From NCBI RefSeq assembly GCF_900232105.1, contig NZ_LT934425.1, positions 3,240,001-3,272,000 on the forward strand: a stretch of DNA of 32,000 nucleotides, read 5' to 3'. Within the stretch, counting starts at the first letter, position 1. Every line of letters starts with the position of its first letter. Origin of the DNA: Candidatus Kuenenia stuttgartensis. Its GTDB lineage: Bacteria > Planctomycetota > Brocadiia > Brocadiales > Brocadiaceae. Of the stretch, positions 7,290 through 16,831 are shown piece after piece. The notes beneath the pieces are model-generated. The model saw only the letters and a list, made by a program, of their open reading frames with translations. It made no database searches and was not told where the DNA came from. The position numbers were made by a program, and so were the translations under genes.

Positions 7290-8888
7290 TTAAATTCCTA
7301 TTGCCTCGTGAAATATGTCTGCCGTGAAAACAAAGAACTCCATATCGTTGTCTCTCCATGCATTTATGGGTAATCCGGCTTTTTTGCAGAGATGTTGAAG
7401 GGTTTCCGTTTTGTCCCACCCCTGTTCAGCGGCAATGTGTGGAAGAAATACTGCGTTTGCATATCCTTTACGAATTACTATGCCTTCCTGTCCAACGGTA
7501 AACCCTTCAGGTCCGCTTATTTTTCTTGGCTGACTCAAAACGGAAATTTCTATATCAATGTCATTCATTTCTTCATGGGTTACCGGCAGAAATCTATTGT
7601 CTTTTGCAGAGGAGTTGATGGTATTTTCAACTACCGCCTGGCAAAGGGAGGTTTTGGGAAGGATATACCCAATGCACCCGCGCAATTGCCCCTGTTCTTT
7701 TAATGTTACAAACACGCCATATTTTTCGAAAAGCCTTGGCGTTTGTGTGAAAAGCTGCAAATCAATTTCAGGAGAAGCACCTGTATTTGCATACGTTTCC
7801 AAAGTGTTTCTGGCAAGCGATAAGAGTGTTTTCTTTTCTTTTTCTGAAAGACAAATGGATTGCCCTTCCGTTTGTGGTTTTTCTTGCGGGTGATATTCGC
7901 CTGATTTGATTTCCGCCTCTTTTGTGAAAAGAATGGATGCATAGCTAACGGAATAGACGAAATTATTTGTCTGATGCCCTGACGTATCGTAATGAAGAAT
8001 TTGTCCTTTTGCACTATCTGGCAGTAGTTTTAAAAGAATTGAAATAGGCAATATTCCACAGGCATTTATTCCCGTTTGTTTTCTATATTCCCTGAGTCCG
8101 TCAAAATCTTTATTAAGAATCTTTTCAAAAGCGCCATAGTCAAGAATCTTTATGTTTTCTTCCACATTTTCTCTGAATGGTACATATCGGTACGCATCGC
8201 CGTAATGGGTAAAATCAGAACTGACGACGAGCAGTGTTTTGTCGTCCAGCAATGGCCGAATGGCTTCTGCAACTTTGTCAAAATCATTATCGATCAATAT
8301 GCCAATCATGATGGGTACCAGATTAAAATCCCCCAAGGTCATTTGCAGGAAGGGTAGTTGCATTTCTAAAGAATGTTCTCCCTTGTATGCGCCGTCATAA
8401 TCTCCGAATAGCTTCAGGGGGCTGCTGTTGCGTTTATTTTTTGATTCTGCGGTGAAAGAGGTGTTAAGCAAATAATCACATGCTTCCTGGTCAATAGAAA
8501 TTTTCCCTAGAGGCGTTTTATAGCTGGTTGCTTTTAATATTGAGGCGCCCCGGTATCTCCTCCCACTGTGGGAAGGGGAAAGCACAATCACCCTCTTAAA
8601 TCCATGTCCCTTTATAGCGCTATAACCATAGGCTGCAACTTGTCCGGAATAAACATATCCAGCATGGGGGGATATGATCGCAAGGGGTCTTCCATTTGAT
8701 TTTTGACTGGAAACCTCATTTAGAAATTCATTTATTTGGCCTTTTAATGCCGCTTCATTGCCAGGATAAAACCTCCCTGCAACTTGTGACTCCCACGTCT
8801 GAGGTGGTTCCGTTTCCGCAAGCAGTAAGGAAAAGGAAGATATTAAGGTAAATATGAAAAATGTGAATATAACCATTGTGTGTTTCAT
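7290..8888 (-). CDS. Memo-like (AmmeMemoRadiSam protein B) / AMMECR1 fusion protein with an N-terminal signal peptide
   Basis: The N-terminal half has Memo motifs (ISPHAGYVYSG, VVSSDFTHYG, INACGILP). The C-terminal half has AMMECR1 motifs (GVFVTLK..LRGCIG, VFLPHIA). ATG 8888 is preferred over TTG 8921 because AAGGA lies about 7 nt upstream and the upstream dedA stop is at 8899. The N-terminus is MKHTMVIFTFFIFTLISSFSLLLA|ETE. Confidence 0.8.
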   Translation of the reverse strand: MKHTMVIFTFFIFTLISSFSLLLAETEPPQTWESQVAGRFYPGNEAALKGQINEFLNEVSSQKSNGRPLAIISPHAGYVYSGQVAAYGYSAIKGHGFKRVIVLSPSHSGRRYRGASILKATSYKTPLGKISIDQEACDYLLNTSFTAESKNKRNSSPLKLFGDYDGAYKGEHSLEMQLPFLQMTLGDFNLVPIMIGILIDNDFDKVAEAIRPLLDDKTLLVVSSDFTHYGDAYRYVPFRENVEENIKILDYGAFEKILNKDFDGLREYRKQTGINACGILPISILLKLLPDSAKGQILHYDTSGHQTNNFVYSVSYASILFTKEAEIKSGEYHPQEKPQTEGQSICLSEKEKKTLLSLARNTLETYANTGASPEIDLQLFTQTPRLFEKYGVFVTLKEQGQLRGCIGYILPKTSLCQAVVENTINSSAKDNRFLPVTHEEMNDIDIEISVLSQPRKISGPEGFTVGQEGIVIRKGYANAVFLPHIAAEQGWDKTETLQHLCKKAGLPINAWRDNDMEFFVFTADIFHEAIGI

Positions 8889-8898
8889 GGTACTTTCC

Positions 8899-9528
8899 TT
8901 ATTTAAGTAATTTGATGACAAAAAAACCGGCTACTATCAATACGACAAAGGCAATGGAGATAATATTAAAGTATTTTTCTATAAAATGTTTTATCTTTGG
9001 CCCAAAAATACAAATGAGAGCGGCAACTATGAAGAATCTTCCCGACCGGCTGATTGCTGACGCAATTAAAAATGTCCACAAATTAATTTTGCAAGCCCCG
9101 GCCGCAATGGTAAAGACTTTGTATGGGATTGGGGTAAACCCCGCAATGGCAACGGCGGAAAAGGCATTGGTGTTGTATTGTTCTTTTACATAATCAAATT
9201 TTTCTATAAGCCCAAGGGTGGTGAGGATTGGTATTCCAACAAAATCAAACAACCCGAAGCCTATAAAATATCCAAAACCACCGCCCAATATGGACCCCAC
9301 GGAACAAATGGCGGCATATTTAAAGGATTTTCTTGCGATTGAGAATGCAAGCGCCATTAAGAGTACATCCGGGGGAATGGGAAAGAAAGAAGATTCACAA
9401 AACGCCAGTATAAATAAGGCAATGGAACCATAGGGAGTATGTGCCCAATGTAGCGTCCAATCATACAGCCTTCTATGCAACCCCGCCCTTTTTATCTGTG
9501 ATATTTGCAATTGCTCAGTATGGTTCAT
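8899..9528 (-). CDS. DedA/YqaA-family integral membrane protein
   Basis: It is multi-pass hydrophobic and carries the family-typical FCESSFFPIPPDVLL motif. Confidence 0.8.
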   Translation of the reverse strand: MNHTEQLQISQIKRAGLHRRLYDWTLHWAHTPYGSIALFILAFCESSFFPIPPDVLLMALAFSIARKSFKYAAICSVGSILGGGFGYFIGFGLFDFVGIPILTTLGLIEKFDYVKEQYNTNAFSAVAIAGFTPIPYKVFTIAAGACKINLWTFLIASAISRSGRFFIVAALICIFGPKIKHFIEKYFNIISIAFVVLIVAGFFVIKLLK

Positions 9529-9942
9529 AAAATGCTCCTCGAATTTCCAGGTATTAATAATTTAGTAATGAAATGAATGTTTATCCGGCTAGTTGTGTGA
9601 GACTTTCTCTCCAGTTATACTCAAGAAGTTCACAAAATGTGATTTCAGAAATGCTATACCTATTTATGTCAACAAAAGTAAATCTAATTTAGAAATCTCT
9701 ATTTGTGAACCCTTACAGTACCTATACGGCGCTAAACTCTTAATGTTAAAATATATACGGAATAAGCATCATTGCCGCTCAAAAGTTTAAACGTGGTGTT
9801 ATAGGGAAGTCAAGCGAAAATCCAGTTGTGGAAATATATTAGGGTAATTATTATTAAAATAGTTGATCTAAAAGAGGGGGAATCTCCATATTATTTTTGG
9901 TTTGTAGCTAATTATACTGCCAAAGCATAAGGTAGTTTTGAT

Positions 9943-9970
9943 TTGACAATAGTAAGCTTTTCGCTATAAT
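9943..9970 (+). promoter_or_regulatory. Consensus sigma70-type promoter upstream of ilvD
   Basis: Perfect TTGACA (9943-9948), a 16-nt spacer, then perfect TATAAT (9965-9970). It lies about 50 nt upstream of the ilvD ATG. Confidence 0.5.
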
Positions 9971-10021
9971 GAAAATTCACAATATTATAGGCAGATAAAG
10001 GTTTACATAGATTGGAATGGC

Positions 10022-11686
10022 ATGGAATTGAGAAGCGATAAAATTACGAAAGGTCTTGAGCGTGTTCCTGCACGGGCACTTTTATACGCAACTGGTTTAA
10101 GCAAAGAGGATTTAGATAAACCGTTCATTGGAATAGCGAGCAGTTTTACCGACCTTATTCCCGGACATGTCCATATGCGTCCGCTGGAGAGGGCCATTGA
10201 AAAAGGCATCCATGCGGGAGGAGGGGTAAGCTTTGTTTTTGGTATACCGGGTATCTGTGACGGCATTGCAATGGGGCATAGCGGAATGCATTATTCTCTT
10301 GTGTCAAGGGATCTGATTGCAGACATGATAGAGTGTGTGGTAAGTGCTCACTGTCTGGATGGGTTGGTGATGCTTACAAATTGCGACAAAATAACGCCGG
10401 GAATGTTGATGGCCTGCGCAAGATTGGATATCCCCGGGATTGTTGTTACTGCTGGCCCTATGATTTCCGGACGTTATGGAAAGCAAAAGTTATCCCTGGT
10501 GAAAGATACCTTTGAAGCGGTAGGGAGAAGACGTAAAGGCGAAATTGACGATAAAGAATTGTCGTGTTTAGAGATGGATGCTTGTCCCGGAGCTGGATCG
10601 TGTCAGGGGTTATATACGGCCAACACGATGGCATGTGTATCGGAGGCGTTAGGTATGTCTCTGCCAAGATGCGCCGCTTCTCTTGCAATTTCGGCGGAGA
10701 AGGAACGTATTGCCTATAAAAGTGGCCAACGGGTTGTAGATCTTGTAAGAAAAGATATTACTTCGAGAAAGATTATGACGCGTAAAGCATTTGAAAATGC
10801 GATCATGGTAGATATGGCGCTTGGCGGGTCAACAAATTCCTGTTTGCATATTCCTGCGATTGCAAACGAGGCTGGCGTGGAAGTAAATTTGAAGTTGTTT
10901 GACGAAATTAGTGCAAGAACACCTCATATAACAAGCTTGCAGCCTGGTGGCGAATATTTGCTTGAAGATTTATATTATGCGGGCGGCATTCCCGCCGTAA
11001 TGAATCGATTACAGGATGACCTGTACGATTGTATTACCGTAAGCGGGTTTAATACAAAAGAGATAGCGAAATCCGCCATAATTAACGATGACGAGGTGAT
11101 AAGGTCAAAGGATGCCGCATATCATAAAGAAGGTGGGATAGCTGTTTTATATGGTAATTTATCTCCCGATGGTGCCGTGATAAAGCAGAGCGCTGTATCC
11201 GAAAACATGATGCAGTTTACTGGGAAGGCAAAGGTTTTCAATAGTGAAGAGGCTGCAATGAATGCAATTATGGATTCCATGATTAGCAAAGGCATGGTGG
11301 TCGTGATACGATATGAGGGTCCGCGCGGGGGGCCTGGGATGAGAGAGATGTTGTCTCCTACGGCGGCGCTTGTGGGACTTGGGTTAGGAGAGTCCGTTGC
11401 TTTAATTACGGATGGGCGTTTTTCCGGGGGAACGCAAGGTCCCTGCGTTGGGCATGTATCGCCTGAAGCAATGGTTGGGGGTCCCATTGCCTTGGTGGAG
11501 GATGGTGATGAAATAACGATAGATATTCCAGGTCGCACATTAAATTTGAATGTTTCGAAGGAAATTCTTACTCGTAGAAAGGAAGCATGGAAACCGCCAA
11601 AACCAAAAATAACACATGGGGTGTTGTCCCGGTATGCAAAATGTGTTACATCGGCGGATAAAGGCGCTGTGTTAACGGCGGAATAG
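10022..11686 (+). CDS. ilvD: Dihydroxy-acid dehydratase
   Basis: 554 aa. The N-terminus [16 protein letters not shown], the ITPGM block, the Fe-S Cys context (NCDK, CPGAGSC) and the C-terminal [11 protein letters not shown] are all typical of IlvD. Confidence 0.95.
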   Translation: MELRSDKITKGLERVPARALLYATGLSKEDLDKPFIGIASSFTDLIPGHVHMRPLERAIEKGIHAGGGVSFVFGIPGICDGIAMGHSGMHYSLVSRDLIADMIECVVSAHCLDGLVMLTNCDKITPGMLMACARLDIPGIVVTAGPMISGRYGKQKLSLVKDTFEAVGRRRKGEIDDKELSCLEMDACPGAGSCQGLYTANTMACVSEALGMSLPRCAASLAISAEKERIAYKSGQRVVDLVRKDITSRKIMTRKAFENAIMVDMALGGSTNSCLHIPAIANEAGVEVNLKLFDEISARTPHITSLQPGGEYLLEDLYYAGGIPAVMNRLQDDLYDCITVSGFNTKEIAKSAIINDDEVIRSKDAAYHKEGGIAVLYGNLSPDGAVIKQSAVSENMMQFTGKAKVFNSEEAAMNAIMDSMISKGMVVVIRYEGPRGGPGMREMLSPTAALVGLGLGESVALITDGRFSGGTQGPCVGHVSPEAMVGGPIALVEDGDEITIDIPGRTLNLNVSKEILTRRKEAWKPPKPKITHGVLSRYAKCVTSADKGAVLTAE

Positions 11687-11748
11687 TACAGAATAACGCG
11701 ATGTGCAATCCATAGTATCATTGTATAAAAAATAGTAGAGCAGAATGC

Positions 11749-11822
11749 TACCCGGTGGTGTAATGGTAACACTAGAGATTTTGGTTCTCTCATTGGAGGT
11801 TCGAGTCCTCCCCGGGTAGCCA
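11749..11822 (+). tRNA. tRNA-Gln (anticodon UUG), CCA encoded
   Basis: Hand-folded cloverleaf. Acceptor stem: TACCCGG/CCGGGTA. D stem: GTGT/ACAC. Anticodon stem: AGAGA/TCTCT with loop TTTTGGT, giving anticodon TTG. T arm: GGAGG-TTCGAGT-CCTCC. Discriminator G followed by CCA. The U1:A72 pair is typical of bacterial tRNA-Gln. Confidence 0.9.
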
Positions 11823-11885
11823 TTCTATTTTTAGGGAATGAGTAAGTTGCAGTAGTTTTATGATTTTGTGTATTGCAATACAAAG

Positions 11886-12857
11886 ATGAAAAAGATTACG
11901 GCAGTTATTTTGGCTGCTGGCAAGGGTACGCGAATGCGTTCACAATTGCCAAAGGTTTTGCATGAAGTATGCGGCAGCACCCTTCTTGAATGTGTTATTT
12001 GCTCTGTGCAAAAGGCTGAAATTCCCCGGATAATCATAGTAGTTGGTGACAAAAAAGAAGAAGTAGGAGAAAGTTTAGAGGGATTACCTGTTGAAATAGT
12101 AGAACAACGGGAACAATTAGGAACAGCACATGCCGTTATTGCGGTAAAAGAGAGAATTAATAGTTCGGCGGACATCGTTTTAATTTTAAATGGCGACGCG
12201 CCTCTTATTAAACCCCGGACACTGAAAAGGCTGATAAGCATAAATAATGAAACGGCGGCTGATGTTGTATTATTAACCGCACGCCTGGAAAAACCAAAAG
12301 GGTATGGGCGGATATATAGGGATAAAAATGGTAGTATAGCGAAAATTATAGAAGAAAGTGAAGCCGACGGTGATGTATTAGCAATTAATGAAATCAACGC
12401 GGGAATATATGCATTTAAAACGAAAGCCCTTCTTGAAGGATTGAGCGAGGTTCAGCCACACAATAAAAAAGGGGAGTTTTATCTAACCGACATCATTTCA
12501 ATATTACACAATAAGGGGAAAAAAATAGAGGGAATTGAGGCGGATGACGCTGTTGAGGTATTAGGGATAAATACCCAGCAAGAATTGGCAATCGTTAACA
12601 AAATAAGGCATGATGAGATTCTGCAGGGTTTTATGGAGAGCGGGGTAACTATAGTAGACACAGGAAGCACATTTGTTGAAAATAATGTGGAAATTGGGGC
12701 GGGAACGAAAATTTATCCCTTTTCTTATATAAACAAAAATGTAGTTATTGGCCGGTATTGTCGTATAGGACCATTTGCATATTTGGAATCTGGCACGAAA
12801 GTGAGCGATGGTACAGTTGTAAAAAGCAGTGGGAAGAATGGAAAACAAGTTTTTTAA
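11886..12857 (+). CDS. glmU: UDP-N-acetylglucosamine pyrophosphorylase (GlmU N-terminal domain) with a severely shortened left-handed beta-helix domain
   Basis: It has VILAAGKGTRMRSQLPKVLH at the N-terminus and a nucleotidyltransferase fold through about aa 230. Only about 70 aa of hexapeptide repeats follow before the stop, and prs begins 10 nt later. ATG 11886 is chosen over GTG 11868 by comparing N-terminal length with GlmU. Confidence 0.85.
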   Translation: MKKITAVILAAGKGTRMRSQLPKVLHEVCGSTLLECVICSVQKAEIPRIIIVVGDKKEEVGESLEGLPVEIVEQREQLGTAHAVIAVKERINSSADIVLILNGDAPLIKPRTLKRLISINNETAADVVLLTARLEKPKGYGRIYRDKNGSIAKIIEESEADGDVLAINEINAGIYAFKTKALLEGLSEVQPHNKKGEFYLTDIISILHNKGKKIEGIEADDAVEVLGINTQQELAIVNKIRHDEILQGFMESGVTIVDTGSTFVENNVEIGAGTKIYPFSYINKNVVIGRYCRIGPFAYLESGTKVSDGTVVKSSGKNGKQVF

Positions 12858-12866
12858 GGTAGAGAA

Positions 12867-13835
12867 ATGGACAAAAAGAGAAGGATAGAAGAGTTAGATC
12901 ATTTGAAAATTTTTTCCGGAAATGCAAATCCTGATTTGGCAAGAAAAATTTGCGAACACCTTTCGATCAATCTGGGGAATGCCTACGTTGGCCGTTTTCC
13001 CGATGGCGAAATTGACCTGAAGGTCAATGAGGATGTTCGGGGTGCTGACGTATTTTTGGTTCAACCAACATGCGCACCTGTCAATGAAAGCTTAACGGAA
13101 CTTCTTATATTCATAGACTGTCTAAAGCGGGCATCTGCCGCGCGTATTACTGCGGTGCTGCCGTATTATGGTTATGCGCGAAAGGATAGAAAAGACGAAG
13201 GGCGTGTACCAATAACGGCAAAATTGGTAGCAAATCTCATAACTACGGCAGGGGCTGACAGGGTTCTAACCCTTGATTTACATGCCGCTCAGATTCAGGG
13301 ATTTTTTGACATTCCTGTAGACCATCTGCTGGCATTTCCTGTAATGATGAAATACTTTGAACAATTAAAGACAGAAGATTTGGTGGTGGTTACTCCCGAT
13401 GTCGGAGGTATAAAACTCGCCAGGAATTATTCAAAGGGCTTGGGTGTGAAGATGGCAATCGTTGACAAGAGGCGGGTAGGGCCTGAAGAGACAGAGGTAG
13501 GATTTATAATCGGAGAGGTAGCAAATAAAAATGTGATTATGATCGACGATTTAATTGCAACGGGTGGGTCTATTGCACAAGCGGCGTATGTCCTGAAAGA
13601 AAAAGGCGCCAGAGAAATATATGTCGGAGCGACTCATCCGGTTTTTTGCGGTTCAGCGATAGAAAAATTGTCAGCTGCCCCGATAAAAGAAATAGTGATA
13701 ACTGATTCGATACCGCTTTCTGAAAAAGCAAGAGCGACTGGCGATAAGTTTAAAGTGCTTTCTATTTCAGGTCTGTTAGGAGATGCGATCATGAGAATAC
13801 ATCATCATGAATCGGTAAGCTCTTTATTTGTTTAA
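12867..13835 (+). CDS. prs: Ribose-phosphate pyrophosphokinase
   Basis: It has the PRPP synthetase blocks (RFPDGE, YYGYARKDRK, DLHA.QIQGFF) and the PRPP-binding loop MIDDLIATGGS. Confidence 0.95.
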   Translation: MDKKRRIEELDHLKIFSGNANPDLARKICEHLSINLGNAYVGRFPDGEIDLKVNEDVRGADVFLVQPTCAPVNESLTELLIFIDCLKRASAARITAVLPYYGYARKDRKDEGRVPITAKLVANLITTAGADRVLTLDLHAAQIQGFFDIPVDHLLAFPVMMKYFEQLKTEDLVVVTPDVGGIKLARNYSKGLGVKMAIVDKRRVGPEETEVGFIIGEVANKNVIMIDDLIATGGSIAQAAYVLKEKGAREIYVGATHPVFCGSAIEKLSAAPIKEIVITDSIPLSEKARATGDKFKVLSISGLLGDAIMRIHHHESVSSLFV

Positions 13836-13862
13836 TAGGTTATTTTTAGGAGTTGTAAAACG

Positions 13863-14501
13863 ATGGAAGTTTTAGAATTGAAGGCGGAAAAAAGAACATT
13901 AAAAAGAACCAAGGCGGTGAGAAAACTGAGGGCGACCGGACATATACCTGCAGTGGTTTACGGCCACAAAGAAGATAATGTGCTTTTGAGTGTTGATGGC
14001 GGTGAATTCGGGCGTGTTTTAAATGCCGGTGCTCGTATGATCAGTCTGGCTTACGACAGGACAAAGGAGTCTGTTCTTATAAAAGATGTCCAATACGATA
14101 ATCTTTCAGACAAGGTATTGCACGTAGATTTTGCGCGTGTCTCTATGGATGAAAGGGTAACTTTAAAAGTGCCAATAATACTGTCAGGGAGTGCTGTTGG
14201 AGTGAAAGCGGGCGGTGTGTTAACCCAGACTATGAAAAATATAGAGATAGAATGTTTCCCTGCGGCTGTTCCTGAGGATATTAAGGTAAATGTATCTGAA
14301 CTTGAAATGGGTAAGTCTATACATGTCAAAGAATTACCTTCTATAGCAGGTATTAAATATTTATCCGATGCAGAATCGGTTGTTGTTTCTGTGCACCATG
14401 CTGCGGAGGAAAAAGCGGCATCAGAAGAAGAATTGATTGCCGGACCTGAAGTAATCACTAAAAAGCCGAAAGAAGAAGCTGGTGCTTCAGAAAAATCGTA
14501 G
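13863..14501 (+). CDS. rplY: 50S ribosomal protein L25 / general stress protein Ctc (long form)
   Basis: The N-terminal RxxGxIPAVVYG motif, the two-domain length (212 aa), the acidic tail and the conserved position between prs and pth all fit L25/Ctc. Confidence 0.9.
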   Translation: MEVLELKAEKRTLKRTKAVRKLRATGHIPAVVYGHKEDNVLLSVDGGEFGRVLNAGARMISLAYDRTKESVLIKDVQYDNLSDKVLHVDFARVSMDERVTLKVPIILSGSAVGVKAGGVLTQTMKNIEIECFPAAVPEDIKVNVSELEMGKSIHVKELPSIAGIKYLSDAESVVVSVHHAAEEKAASEEELIAGPEVITKKPKEEAGASEKS

Positions 14502-14515
14502 TATGGAATTTGTTG

Positions 14516-15070
14516 ATGAAGATGATAGTTGGACTGGGAAATCCCGGCGAGAAGTATTTAAGGACGAGGCATAACCTGGGTTTTATGGTAATTGATGAAT
14601 TTTCCCAACAACTGGGAATGGGAGGGTTTCAGCATAAATTTCAATCTCTGTTTTGTAAAAAAGAAGTGGAACATGAAGAAATTATATTGCTAAAGCCACA
14701 AACATTTATGAATTTAAGCGGCATTGCAGTTCAGGAAGCGGTAAATATGTACAAATGTCAACCTAGGGATGTTATGGTCGTATGTGATGATTTAGATCTC
14801 CCATTCGGCAAATTACGTATTCGGCGCTCCGGTGGCTGCGGTGGGCATCGTGGTTTGGAATCAGTTGCGTCATCTTTAGGGACTGCCGATTTCCCCCGTT
14901 TGAGAATAGGAATAGGACGTCCCAAATTTAATGATACGAGCCGTTTTGTCCTTTCAATGTTTTCTGCAGAAGAAGATGTTGAAATAGCGAAATCCCTTCA
15001 GGAAGCATGCAAAGCCTTGAAAACATGGGTTTACAAGGGGATAGAAAGTTGTATGAATGAAAATAACTAA
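14516..15070 (+). CDS. pth: Peptidyl-tRNA hydrolase
   Basis: It has IVGLGNPG..Y..TRHN.GF and the DDLDLPFGKLRIR block. ATG 14516 is preferred over TTG 14510. Confidence 0.9.
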   Translation: MKMIVGLGNPGEKYLRTRHNLGFMVIDEFSQQLGMGGFQHKFQSLFCKKEVEHEEIILLKPQTFMNLSGIAVQEAVNMYKCQPRDVMVVCDDLDLPFGKLRIRRSGGCGGHRGLESVASSLGTADFPRLRIGIGRPKFNDTSRFVLSMFSAEEDVEIAKSLQEACKALKTWVYKGIESCMNENN

Positions 15071-15121
15071 TTTTTTTGTTTTATGTAAGGTTTTTATGAA
15101 TAATGTTAGGAGGAAGAGAAT

Positions 15122-15535
15122 TTGAGATTGTATGAGGGTTTGTTTCTGATTGACAATGTCCCCGCCAATTCCGACTGGGACGGCGTAGTAAAAAGTATTC
15201 ACGATATTTTGGCAAAGAATGGTGCGGAAATTTTAAAGACTGAAAAATGGGGAGAGAAAAAATTAGCTTATAAGATTAAAAGTCACAAACGCGGCACATA
15301 CTTATTGATACATTTTAATGCTGAAAACACATCCATTACGCAGATGAAAAGGGATTTTCAGTTATCCGAGTTTCTTATTCGGTCTTTAATACTAAGAGAT
15401 ACTGTAATTGAAGAATTATCTGCTGCCGGCATTGAGGAAGGTTTTTCAGATAAAGAAGCTGAAAAAGAGCCTAAAACGGAGGAAGTATTATCAGCAGAAA
15501 AATGTGAACCTGTTTTAGCTGTTGGAGACGTTTAA
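15122..15535 (+). CDS. rpsF: 30S ribosomal protein S6
   Basis: TTG start with AGGAGG 8 nt upstream. The N-terminus MRLYEGLFLI and the WGEKKLAYKI block are S6-like. It has an acidic C-terminal extension. Confidence 0.9.
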   Translation: MRLYEGLFLIDNVPANSDWDGVVKSIHDILAKNGAEILKTEKWGEKKLAYKIKSHKRGTYLLIHFNAENTSITQMKRDFQLSEFLIRSLILRDTVIEELSAAGIEEGFSDKEAEKEPKTEEVLSAEKCEPVLAVGDV

Positions 15536-15638
15536 CTTTAAATCTAGTCTTATTATAGAAAAGAAATCATCTCGTACTATAGATACTGACGGTCGTTTAA
15601 ATAAGAAAAATTTTAGTTAGAGATAAAAGGAGTAAGGA

Positions 15639-16079
15639 ATGGCAAGCCTTAATAAAGTATTTCTTATGGGAAACCTTACGAGAGATCCTGAACTGAGATA
15701 TACCGCAGGAGGGTTGGCAGTGGCAAGTTTTGCGATAGCTGTGAGTAGCAAATGGACGTCCAAAACCGGGGAACAAAAGGACGAAGTTTGTTTTGTAGAT
15801 GTCAGTATGTTTGGCAGGAGAGCTGAAGTTATTGGCGAATACTTCAGCAAGGGAAGCCCTATCTTTATCGAAGGCCGCTTGCAATTTAATCAGTGGGAAA
15901 CAAAAGAAGGACAAAAGCGTAGTACATTGCGTGTAGTTGCGGATAATTTTCAGTTCATTGGCGGCGGTGCAGGCAAACGGCCAAAAGACGATTTGGGGCA
16001 ATCACTGGATAGCGCAAATTCAGATACGACGTCTGAAAATATGGTTTCGGACATCAATGGTGAAGAGATACCGTTTTGA
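15639..16079 (+). CDS. ssb: Single-stranded DNA-binding protein
   Basis: It has an OB-fold N-terminus (LNKVFLMGNLTRDPELRYT), a Gly-rich linker and an acidic tip ending EEIPF. Confidence 0.95.
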   Translation: MASLNKVFLMGNLTRDPELRYTAGGLAVASFAIAVSSKWTSKTGEQKDEVCFVDVSMFGRRAEVIGEYFSKGSPIFIEGRLQFNQWETKEGQKRSTLRVVADNFQFIGGGAGKRPKDDLGQSLDSANSDTTSENMVSDINGEEIPF

Positions 16080-16117
16080 TGTAAACGTAGACATTTTTTA
16101 TAAGAAGGTTAAATACT

Positions 16118-16339
16118 ATGACAAGAAAAATATTTAATAAAACAAGCAAATGCAGATTTTGCAGAATGGGGGTCGAGGAGGTTGATTATAAGGACATCCA
16201 AAATTTACAGAAACTTGCAACTACCCGGGGGAAACTTTTTTCAAGAAAACGGTCGGGGAATTGTGCCCGGCATCAACGTTCTGTTAAAATGTCCATTAAA
16301 AGAGCAAGGTTTATGGCTTTGCTTCCATACGTAACTTAG
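16118..16339 (+). CDS. rpsR: 30S ribosomal protein S18
   Basis: It has the DYKD...L..., CARHQR and IKRARFMALLPY motifs. Confidence 0.9.
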   Translation: MTRKIFNKTSKCRFCRMGVEEVDYKDIQNLQKLATTRGKLFSRKRSGNCARHQRSVKMSIKRARFMALLPYVT

Positions 16340-16353
16340 GAGGTTATTTTTCC

Positions 16354-16812
16354 ATGGAATTATTATTGACAAAAAATATTGACACGCTTGGCAGGATCGG
16401 TGATGTTGTTAAAGTAAAAAAAGGGTATGCGAGGAATTATCTGTTGCCCAGGGGAATGGCCACTTACGTTACCGAAGGGAATTTGAAGCAACTGGAGAAG
16501 GCAAAAAAGAAAATTGAAATACAACTGAAAGAAGAATGCGAAAGATTGCGGGAAATTTTGGAGACTATTTCCAACGCCGTTTGCAGGATTCCTGCAAAGG
16601 TGAATGAAGAAGGAAGGTTGTTTGGTTCCGTTACGTCTGTTCATATAGCCGATGTGCTGAAGAAACAGGGGATACCAATTGATGTGGATATGATTAAACT
16701 GGAAAATCCTGTAAAGGAATGCGGCGAATATGATGTTGCGGTTGTATTAAGCGCTGAAATGAAGACAACATGTAAAGTGCAAGTGGTGAATGAAGAAGAG
16801 GATGTTGTCTGA
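16354..16812 (+). CDS. rplI: 50S ribosomal protein L9
   Basis: It has GDVVKVKKGYARNYLLPRGMA at the N-terminus and AGGAGG upstream. Confidence 0.9.
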   Translation: MELLLTKNIDTLGRIGDVVKVKKGYARNYLLPRGMATYVTEGNLKQLEKAKKKIEIQLKEECERLREILETISNAVCRIPAKVNEEGRLFGSVTSVHIADVLKKQGIPIDVDMIKLENPVKECGEYDVAVVLSAEMKTTCKVQVVNEEEDVV

Positions 16813-16831
16813 TTTTTAAAGGGACAAATAT

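Noticed and set aside
9593-9790. A 65-aa plus-strand ORF in the long dedA-ilvD intergenic region.
   Set aside because: It has no Shine-Dalgarno sequence, an atypical Cys/Lys-rich composition and no motif. It also lies upstream of the consensus ilvD promoter, so it is not a leader peptide.
11122-11883. A 253-aa minus-strand ORF spanning the 3' end of ilvD and the tRNA-Gln gene.
   Set aside because: It is entirely antisense to a strongly supported ilvD CDS and runs across a tRNA. It has no recognisable motifs and a biased Pro/Ser/Thr composition typical of shadow ORFs.
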